Source: Octopus sinensis
Lineage: Eukaryota
Assembly (NCBI RefSeq): GCF_006345805.1
Contig: NC_043011.1
Coordinates: 51,100,464-51,164,463 of the forward strand
Length of the DNA: 64,000 nt
Reading direction: 5' to 3'
Shown here: one piece after another, positions 52,701-64,000 of the stretch
How the letters are laid out: every line of letters begins with the position of its first letter
How positions within the stretch are numbered: position 1 is the stretch's first letter
Program-made: the position numbers and the translations under genes
The notes under the pieces: generated by a model
What the model was told of the DNA's origin: nothing
Seen by the model: only the letters and a program-made list of their open reading frames with translations
Database searches by the model: none

Positions 52701-53125
52701 TTGGTACTTTATTTTATTGATTCCAAGATACTTGTATGACACTTTACTTTATCGACTAGAGTACTTGATTGATACTTTATTTTGTCAACTCCCTGTGCTT
52801 GACCGATACTTTATTTTATTATCACGAAAGGATGAAGGGCAAAGCTGAGCTCGGCAGGGCACGAAATCGAAGAGACGACGAGCAAGGTCCAAAGTGTCAC
52901 ATGCAAGCACATACACCTCCAGCTATAACATCGATTTGCACATAACACGTTATAGGTAGGGTCTCACCCTGTACTGCATTGACTGAATGCATGAAGCGCA
53001 TTCACATACAAAGAAAAAAAAAAACACTGCAGGCATCTGATTCCTGTATTATTAGCCTTGGCTGATCCAGGGAGAAACACAATTTGAAAGATAATAATAA
53101 CAATAATAATAATAATAATAGTAAC

Positions 53126-53199
<74 letters not shown>

Positions 53200-53248
53200 T
53201 AATAATAATAATAATAACAACAATAACAATAACAATAATAATAATAAT

Positions 53249-53311
<63 letters not shown>

Positions 53312-53312
<1 letters not shown>

Positions 53313-53490
53313 GTCGATGTGAGAACTGTTGCTGCTCATGTATATTAATTTAACTTAAAAAAAAAAAAAATGAACGAACTATTGAGTTTGGTTTAATGGT
53401 CTACCAATGTATACTATGAGTTTCTTTGCCCTAGGAGTCGGGAAGACACTCGGCAAGAAATGGAAGCAAATTTGAAAAAGAAAAAAAAAA
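53312..53490 (+). mobile_element. Poly(A)-tailed non-LTR 3' end in (TAA)n (Dong/R4-like)
   Basis: Reverse copies at 59880-60098 and 63793-64000, all next to (TAA)n. Confidence 0.68.
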
Positions 53491-53992
53491 GTAATAATAA
53501 TAATAATGATAATTATTATTATTATTATCATTATAATAATAATAATAATTGATATCGATGTATTTCATCTGTTACTTTTAATTTTGTCCCAGCACGTGTT
53601 TGCAACGCTATAACTTTGTAAATAAAAATTTAAAAAGCAAACTGTACCGCCAACCAACACTTTCTTTGTGAAAATAAGCAAATCTGCCAAATTTTTTTTG
53701 TCTGTTTCTTTACATTTCTCTTCTTTTTTTGCTTACTGTTTCATAATACAGATGCATATAGTGATTCCTTTAAATACATTTTGTTTGTATAAAGAACAGC
53801 AACAACAACAACAACAACAACAATAATAATAGTTTCTGTCACTGCAGTTCTGCAGCAGGTTCTCCTCCGACCCCTGTCATTCCCGTCCCTTCCCCATCCC
53901 CTCCCTTCTTCTTCTTCTTCTTCTTTGAAAAACATATCCACCTGGTGTTTGTTTAGTCCATGAGGACCGACAAATTACTTAGAGCTGTTGCC

Positions 53993-54000
53993 TATAAATA
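53993..54000 (+). promoter_or_regulatory. Candidate TATA box
   Basis: cctataaatag with Inr-like tcagac ~30 nt downstream and possible donor gtaaat at 54080. Confidence 0.3.
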
Positions 54001-54090
54001 GGGACCATCTCAGTCTAATCACCATCAGACTGACCGTTTTTGGCTTTCAATCGGGCGTCACGGACCTTCACTTCGCAATGTAAATAAGTA

Positions 54091-54152
<62 letters not shown>

Positions 54153-54888
54153 TTATGTTCTGTTGTTTCAAGGGTTTGGTGTCGTGTGCCCGGTTAAATT
54201 TTGCTTCCTATTGAACCACAACTTGAGATTTGGGGACGAAGAGCTATTTTTAAAAATTTCTTTCCTGCTCTTTATTTTTATTTATATTTTTTTGTTCTGA
54301 CTTTGTATCAAAGAATTTCTGGATTATACTTGCTGAACGTAATAGACAGGTCTTCAGCACTGAAACCTTTGTCAGGTTCAGATAAAATTTTTGAAGGTTT
54401 ACTCTCAGAGTCTTTGTCACTACCATTATTATTATTATAGTGGAGGCGCAATGGCCCAGTGGTTAGGGCAGCGGGCGTTGTGAGTGTTTATTGAGCGAAA
54501 ACACCTAAAGCTCCACGAGGCCTCGGCAGGGGATGGTGGTGATCCCTGCTGTACTCTTTCACCACAACTTCCTCTCACTCTTACTTTCTGTTGTACCTGT
54601 ATTTCAAAGGGCCGGCCTTGTCACTCTCTGTGTCACGCTGAATATCCCCGAGAACTACGTTAAGGGTACACGTGTCTGTGGAGTGCTCAGCCACTTACAC
54701 GTTAATTTCACGAGCAGGCTGTTCCGTTGATCGGATCAACCGGAACCCTCGTCGTCGTAACCGACGGAGTGCTTCCAAAAAAATATATTATTATAACCGA
54801 GCATTTTAGAGATTATTATTATTATTATTATTGTTATTATCATTATCATTATCATTATTATTGCTGCTGCTGTTGTTGTTGTTGTTGT

Positions 54889-57362
54889 TGTAGCGAGGTA
54901 CAAGAAGTCAGTGCCATTTTGTACGAGATCTCGCTGATAGCCATTCCTTCTTGCTTATGCTGAGAAACACCGCGAAGCTGGTGGCTCACAGCGGACTCTT
55001 ATTCCGCTCTATCTTCACCTGTTATCTCCAGAGGTAATGAACCTCACATGAACGGAGCTATAACGAACCACGCGCTGCCATAAAGATGGTCATTGGGAGC
55101 GAACCACATGAACAAGAACTAAAAATAAACGACTGTTGAATTGCACTCCGCTTGTAAACTTCTTCGTGTTCCAGATCCTCAAGACCACAGAAATAATTAT
55201 AATGGGAGAAGGAGATACTCCACAGGTATCACAAGCCTTCAATTCCATTATAAAATGGTGACCCCGACGGAAAAATGATTTCAGCAGCTGCAAGCTTTCT
55301 CATTGTAGATGCCTCCCCCGAACTACAGAATGGCAGTCTGGCCCGACGTCAGAATATCTTTCCACGTTCAAGTGAACCTTTAGAATTCGTGTTTTTCGTC
55401 TCGAACTTGTACCTCGCAGAGTATGCTTTCTTCCTTACAAGGAACTACACGGTATTCTGTCAAGTAATCTCCTTTTGAAGTAATTTCTCCCACAATGTCG
55501 ACCGTCAACGTTTGATGTCAGTACATACACCAAATGCAGCTACAGGACACTTCAAGCAAGCCGACCATCAACTTCTAGCCGTCGTTCCTGTCTACCGCAA
55601 TGTTTGGATTGCCTCACGTGTTGAAAAAAAAAAAAAAAGAAGAAAATTACCAGTTTGCTCGCCATTTTCTGACGACTTCTTAAAGAAAATACAAAAATTT
55701 TTTTGAACGGACTGCAGCCCAGGTTTAGCGATTAAAAAAGAAATTTTTGTTTATTGTTACACATAGCATACAAAAAATTCAAAAATTTTGCTAAGAATAT
55801 TATTTTTCGCACACACGTTACTATTCCAGCACTCTTCTCTATACAAAATGAGTCTTTCCAACTTACCCGCGTACTCTGGTGATGCCACGCTTTAGTTCGC
55901 TCAATTGGATGCGTATTTTTCCGCCCATGCAGTACTTCACCAACAGCAGCTAAATCTTTTGTACTGTGGGATGCCTGCATCCCTTGCATGCTGAGTGAAA
56001 GGTCTCAACACTGACCCATATCCGGACGCGATTTACGTGTTCGTCAAATCCGAGGTTCTCCATTGGAACAGACAATCCGCGGAAAGTAAATTCCAGACAC
56101 TGATGCAAGATGAATCCTTGGGAGATAGGACGCCATCTCAGTTTTTTCGTCGTTTGCATGAACTCAGCGATACTCCACTTGAGGACAATCCTCTCCTTAG
56201 GAAATTGTTTTTCTCTTGGCTACTGCCGAATGTCCAATCCATACTGGCCACTACAGTCGACTCCAATTCGCTTGATCAGATAGCCACCATGGCGGACAAG
56301 ATCATAGATTTCACTGTGCAGCCCGCACCTCACCATACCTGTTCGGATCCTGTAGTGGCTTTCTCTTCTACCACAAAGCCTTCTCCCTCGTCACATGGCG
56401 ACGTTTTGGAGAGAGATGATGCATTAGCACGTCGCATGGACACATTGTGGTGAGAACATGCCAGCTCACGTCGTCCTCGCAGCAGAAACCGTTTTAAGTC
56501 ACGGTCATCTAGTTCTACTCCAACGGTTTCCAATATCTTCTGGTACCAGTCCACATTCAAGGACAAAGCCCGTTGATGCATCCAAGCTGACGGGAAACTA
56601 GCTACGGAAGATTTGGGCACGTCAAATTCTTCCCGCAATTTTTCATCTCATCGTGCATTCTTTGTTAAGGAGCGTGTGTCTAACGAATCGTTCATGGTTG
56701 ACACCAGATCCAGCTGTTCTATTTGGGCCTTTGTGTCTTACTTCAGATAAGCCGAAGCAATCTGCCATTAACCTGCATGCGGTGAATCTATCCCCGATAG
56801 AAACTTACGTTCAGGTCTCATTACACCTAGATCTCAACCTTCGAAGGGATTTTAGGTGGGTTTTTGTTATAGCAGATCTACCATCCCTCATTCTAGGCAC
56901 GGACTTTTTAAGCCACTTTCACTTATTAGTAGATGTCATGCAAGAGAGACTCGTGGACGATTCTACGTCTTTGTGTACACCTATTCAGGTTACTACTAAT
57001 GCTGTTCCCAGCCCGTCATTTTTTGTCGCCACTGCTGGTGACCAGTTCCACTCCTTTTTGGATTTTTTCCCAGAGCTGGTAGATCCGACTTTCAAATCAG
57101 TCAAATTCCCACACTCGGCTCGCCATTATATCACTATTTCTGGATCACCCGTCTTTTCGCGTCCACTGCGACTCGCTCCTGATCGGCTCAAATAGGCTCG
57201 ATATGAGTTTGAGCATATGCTTCAACTCAACCATATTCGCCCTTCCACCAGCCCTTGGGCATCTCCTCTACATTTGGCATGGAAAGGGGATTCAGACTTT
57301 CGCCCGGTGGGGGATTACAGACGTTTGAATGCGGTCACTGTCTCCGATCGCTATCCTATAAC
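54889..57362 (+). mobile_element. Ty3/Gypsy element, 3'-truncated: 5' LTR ~54889-55252, tRNA-Trp PBS 55256-55269, degenerate gag-PR-RT
   Basis: TG start; TGGTGACCCCGACG; gag LGDRTPSQ...MADKI; protease FMVDT, ILGTDFL; RT IRPSTSPWASPLH...GDYRRLN...DRYPI. Confidence 0.88.
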
Positions 57363-57790
57363 TTCCTGCAACTCATCTAAAATCTTCTTATCTTCCTCAC
57401 TTAAATCACCCAAGTCGTTGGTTCCAGTTGTCCCTTCTTTATTAGCAGCGCTATAATTATTTTTTCCTTTAGGTTCTTCTTTGGTTTGAGCTGTGTCTCT
57501 TATGTTGTTGTTTGTCTTTCCCACTGCCTGGTCTTTCTTTTCCAGTTCTCTTGCGATCTCTTCTCCCTCCATTTTTGTCATTCATTTTCTTCTTCTAATA
57601 GCATTAGCTTGATCAACTAATCTCTACTCAGTCACTTTTAAACATACCTTTCTCTACCCAAAGTGTTAACATCTGTTTTCTATAGCCCCTTCTTTTAGGT
57701 CCATTTTCTAAGAAGCACTGTATCACTATCCTGTTTTCTTTGCTGGTCCACTTCTTCCTATAGTGCAAACATAAATAACTATCTAAACAC
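57363..57790 (-). mobile_element. Dong/R4-like non-LTR element N-terminal fragment
   Basis: RKKWTSKENRIVIQCF...PKRRGYRKQMLTLW...RLVDQANAIRRRK...EEIARE. Confidence 0.68.
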
Positions 57791-58192
57791 ACTGAGACAA
57801 ATTGACCCCAAACGAGACAATTACTACAAGGACTAAGTAAGTTTATCCCAGTCTTAGTAAACTGAGACTCACAGCTGTAGGATAGGAGTGTGGACCATCC
57901 CACCTTCAATTTCTTTTAATTATGTCTTTCAATATTTTTGTTTTTTCTTTGTATTACTCAGTTTTTTTCGTTTTGTTTTTTGTTATTGCTTTTTTTTTTA
58001 GACAAGCTGGCATTGGTATAGCTGTGGGTTTAAGAAATGTGCTTCCCAACCATATGGTTTGAACTTTGCACTCCCCCACTACATGGCCTCTAGATCTTTT
58101 ATTATAACACCAAACAAACCACTAGCTCCAGAATTAGATTAGTTTGTTACACAGAAACTGAAATAAGCCCATTTTATATATATATATATATA

Positions 58193-58488
<296 letters not shown>

Positions 58489-58844
58489 TATATATAAATA
58501 AATATATATATATATAAATAAAGAGGGTAAAGACCCCCTTCGGTCATGAATGACCATGGGATTGCACCTAGAAAGTTACCCTCCTAGACACAAGTCCGGG
58601 CAAGGTTGTTTATGGAAGACCAGCAGTCGCCCATGCATACCAGCCTCCCCTCTCCACGCCACCAGTGTTATCCAAGGGAAAGACAAAGGTCGATACAGCT
58701 TGGCACCAGTGACGTCGCAACTCATTTCTACAGCTGAGTGAACTGGAGCAACGTGAAAAATAAGTACTTTGCTCAAGAACACAACACGCAGCCCGGACCG
58801 GGATTCGAGCTTACAACCTCACGATCGTAAACTCGACGCTCTAA

Positions 58845-58958
<114 letters not shown>

Positions 58959-58966
58959 TATATATA

Positions 58967-59170
58967 CGAGGGGTGCTGTAAAGTTTCTGGCTTTAAGGGT
59001 GTAGCAAAAGGGCTGGTTGGAGGCTTCTGAGTTCTTTTACAGGGCGTAGGAAAACTGAAGGACCGCTGCAATAGGTCTGTGAATCTGAGAGGGGAATATG
59101 TTGAATAAAATCACAATGATCCTCCTGGTTTTTCTTTCACCCGAAGCCAGGAACTTTTCAGCATCCCTCA
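58967..59170 (+). mobile_element. Mariner-derived MITE
   Basis: TA flanks; TIRs cgaggggtgctgtaaagtttctggcttt / aagccaggaacttttcagcatccctca; residual KLKDRCN...NLRGEYVE-stop. Confidence 0.8.
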
Positions 59171-59804
59171 TACACCGCTGAACTTTTGGATTTTTGGATT
59201 TTTTTTGCTTTGGAATTTTGAATTTTCTTTTTCATTTTATAGGCTTTGCTGTGGTTTACAGTTTTCGTAATTGTGCAGTTTGTATATATTGGCAGGTGCT
59301 TATCTCCTTAATAGTTATCGTGCGTCTAATTTGTTGTTATAAAAAGTATGTTTACATATACGAGTAGTCAGGGAGAATAGAAGGGTAAAATTTTCACTGA
59401 AAATTGTAGATATTAAATTGTAGTGTTCTTGCAATAAAAAGAATGTTTACATTCTCGAATATTCAGGAAGAAAAGAAACGAAAGAAACGAAGGGTTAAAT
59501 TTTCATAGTAAATTGTAGATATTAAAGTTTTAAAATTTTCTAAACATCATCGTTTGTATGTCCGAACAGAGAAAACTGTAGTGGTTTTACAATAAAAAGT
59601 ATGCTTATTTTCGAATATTCAGGGAGAAAGGAAAGGATGGGCATTCACAGAAGTTGTAAATATTGAATTAAAAAAAAAAGTTTTTAAAGATGATCGTTTG
59701 TGTGTCCGTCCAGAGAAAATTGTAGATATGTAAGTTTCTAACCTTATTTTGAGGGAAATTTTAAAATACTCACAGGAGATTGTAGAAGTTCTAGATTTGG
59801 AAAG

Positions 59805-60990
<1,186 letters not shown>

Positions 60991-61087
60991 ACACAGACAT
61001 GTATATGTATGTGTGTGTATTTTTCTGTCTATATGCGTATATATTAATCTGCCCTTCTTAACGCGTTTCTTGTTTGTTTGTTTGCAG

Positions 61088-61143
61088 GACAATGAAAGTG
61101 TGTGCTATCTTATGCTTATTGCTGTGTATATCGGCAACAGATG
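61088..61143 (+). CDS. Probable first coding exon (signal peptide) of an unidentified secreted-protein gene; ATG at 61092
   Basis: Branch-like ttcttaac, pyrimidine tract and tttgcag acceptor; acaATG; MKVCAILCLLLCISATD-G; gtatgt donor, phase 1. Confidence 0.6.
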
Positions 61144-61149
61144 GTATGT

Positions 61150-61234
<85 letters not shown>

Positions 61235-61266
61235 CATCTATCAATCTATCTATCCATCTATCTATC

Positions 61267-62146
61267 TCTCGAGAAACACGGGGCCGACCTGCCCGAGATG
61301 CGGTCAGAGCGACGAAACCGTTCTGCACGCACTCGTGCAGTGTCCAACAATTTCCGACCTGTGGGCTTATGTCGAACGACTGCTGTCACGTGTGGGACGA
61401 GTCGGTTTATCAGCTGAGTCTATCGTCAATATTGTCACGCCTCCTTCCTTCAAACGGGAAGGAAGAGCTATTTTCATCATCCTTGTGGCTATGGCGAAAG
61501 AATGTATCTGGTGGACGCGTCTGAAAGGATTGGAGACAAACACTTTCCTCTCTGGTCAACCTCTCATCAACTTCTTCAAGTACCACTTGAAAAGGAAAGT
61601 GAGAGTAGAGAGGCAAGTTTTGTCTAGCGAACGTTTTAAAAAAGATGAGTGAATGTAGCAAGGATGGCACGTATGAATGACGAAGCCACCTTGAGCATAA
61701 TCCTATGAACCCAGAAATTGAAAACAGAGGGTTACCCACTCGCAAACAAATGTGGTAACATATAACAATATTGACCAAGGTTACCGTGGTCTTTTTCGTA
61801 GGCTTTTCTTCCCACGGATAAACCTTACTTGCTTTCCCCTTTACACCATACATCATGACACTGTGATACACGATCCCTATTGATCGTTTTTTCCTCTCCC
61901 CCTTTTTTCCTCTTTTTTCTTCTTTTTTCATTTTTCTTTTCTTTTTTTCCCTTTTTTCCTTTTTTCTTTTCCTTTTTTTCTTTTTTCTTTTTTTCTTTTC
62001 CTTTTTTGTTTTTTGTGTTCTTTTTTCCCTTTTACGATCCTTTTGATCGAAAACCTACGCCACCTTTTTTTTTCTCCCCAAAAAGAAAAGCTCTACCTTG
62101 TAACTTGTCCCATCTGTGTGCAGCCCTGTGTGGCCAATAAAGAAAC

Positions 62147-62147
<1 letters not shown>
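61267..62147 (+). mobile_element. 5'-truncated L1/Tx1-clade LINE inside (TATC)n
   Basis: CPRC-x7-H-x4-C knuckle (zf-RVT), AKECIWWTR, T-rich 3' UTR, AATAAAGAAA end. Confidence 0.85.
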
Positions 62148-62212
<65 letters not shown>

Positions 62213-62240
62213 CTCCATCTATTTATCCATCTATCAATCA

Positions 62241-62302
<62 letters not shown>

Positions 62303-62340
62303 TTATCCATCTATCTATCTATCTATCAATCAATCAATCA

Positions 62341-62403
<63 letters not shown>

Positions 62404-62404
62404 C

Positions 62405-62460
<56 letters not shown>

Positions 62461-62642
62461 ATCTTTCTAGCTATCTATCTCACCGCTCTCTCCTCCACTC
62501 TCCGTCCCCCTCTCTTCCTCTCCCACTTCTGTATATATTACATATGCATACATGCATACAAACATGCTTACATACGTACATACATACATACATACATACA
62601 TACATACATACATACATACATACATACATAATATATATATTT

Positions 62643-63650
62643 AAAATATGTCAATGGGTTATTGAATTATCCTTTGTTTACCGTTAACATGGAAAATTCA
62701 ATAGACGGTTACCAGGGTAGCAAAATTCACGCAAGTAACAAGGATGTAGCGCGACCTATTTAAAGGTAGAAACTCCGGGTTAATGTGCAGTAATTTGTGT
62801 AGTATAAGTAAATAAATGGAGTTGAACGCAGATGCTATTCAAATTCTTTTACTTTCGACATGTGTTTTGAAGACAACAAAGGTTTTATTCCAAAGGAATA
62901 AACGGTGTAAAATGCAATCTTCTCATCAAGAAAGAAAGTGAACCTATCTCAACAACAAGACATTATAACAATTTTGATGACTGCATAAATGATAAACAGA
63001 ACGCTATTAAGTATTTTAAAAGAAAACGTTAGTAGATTCGACGTCAAAGGCAGACATTAGGAAGAGAACGGGTAAAGAAATAATAAGTAGAGAACAAATA
63101 AAGAGGGATATATTGGTTGAAAAAAATGTTCAAAGGCTTGGAAGTAGATTTCTCTATTGAAGTAAAGTGCAAGTTGAACTAAATGTTCAAACTATAAAGA
63201 CTGGTAAAATCACTTATATGAGCTAAAGGTATGTTTCTGCCAGTGCTTACATTTGTAAGATCGCTCTATAAGTGTGTTAACAAGGTAATTCTTAGAGAAG
63301 AGAATATGGAAGAGTTCAGAGTTGCAAATGTTACAGATTCCTTTGCCCTTAATTATAAGGGAAAGCTATGGACAGGATGAACCAATCTAACTTAAAATCC
63401 TTATTGTTGTCTTTAAGATACTAAACCAATTTACTTGGCCCTGTGCTATGACGTTTACTGCTATCCCTAAATGAAGAATAATGATTGGATATTCTCTTAA
63501 ATAACTGGGAAGAGGATGCGCCAATGTAGAAGTAGACATTGGCACTGTAAGAAATTTTACATTGGTATATAGAATTCTTGATCTTAGAATTATTAAATAT
63601 AAATTTAATTCTGTTGAGGTTGTCCTCAGAGACCAAAACTATGTTTTTAT
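62643..63650 (-). mobile_element. Penelope-like 3' part: GIY-YIG endonuclease (~63640-63210), 3' UTR and pseudo-LTR
   Basis: NSIYQCKISY...FYIGASSSQLFKRISNHYSSF...STGPSKLV*YLKD...W...PYN / CNICNSE...VN...KCKH; one stop and one frameshift. Confidence 0.87.
62852..62934 (-). ncRNA. Degenerate hammerhead ribozyme in the Penelope pLTR
   Basis: ctttc-TTGATGA-gaagat...gtcttc-AAAAC-acat-GTC-gaaag; stems I and II pair; two core transitions (C>T, G>A). Confidence 0.6.
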
Positions 63651-63653
63651 TGC

Positions 63654-63724
<71 letters not shown>

Positions 63725-63727
63725 GTA

Positions 63728-63791
<64 letters not shown>

Positions 63792-64000
63792 CTTTTTTTT
63801 TCTTCTTTCAAATTTGCTTCCATTTCTTGCCTAGTGTCTTCCCGACTCCTAGGGCAAATAAACTCATAGTATACATTGGTAGGCCATTAAACTAAACTCA
63901 CTAGTTCGTTCATTTTTTTTTTAAAGTTAAATTAAAATACATGGGTAGTAATAGTTCTCACATCGACAATGCTCTTCTCAATACGTGTGATGTACCAGTT

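Noticed and set aside
61074-61652. 192-aa fusion of signal peptide, (IYLS)n and zinc knuckle
   Set aside because: Chance in-frame join of an exon, a microsatellite and a LINE; a good donor lies at 61144.

Overview
AT-rich, microsatellite- and SINE-saturated animal DNA. The SINE/LINE repertoire looks like a coleoid cephalopod, most likely Octopus; this is an inference from recalled repeat families, not a database result. Positions 987-33764 (+) hold the last 14 coding exons of an apparently intact galactocerebrosidase gene (GALC, GH59). They have GT-AG introns with consistent phases, give 549 aa plus stop, and keep both catalytic glutamates; the 5' exons lie outside the window. The rest is mostly transposon debris: an RTE LINE with a PHD finger inside its RT, Penelope-like (Naiad-type) RT and GIY-YIG pieces with hammerhead-like motifs, two Gypsy fragments, Tx1, Dong/R4, CR1, Helitron, hAT, piggyBac and mariner elements, and several SINE families. 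A probable second gene is suggested by a lone signal-peptide exon at 61088-61143. Nearly all ORFs in the supplied track are simple-repeat artefacts. I cannot demonstrate a new biological system. The best leads are the Penelope family with a poly-Asn microsatellite linker and ribozyme, retroelements sitting in specific microsatellites, an intronic antisense heat-shock-type promoter, and the orphan signal-peptide exon. Exon coordinates were counted base by base; repeat boundaries are approximate.
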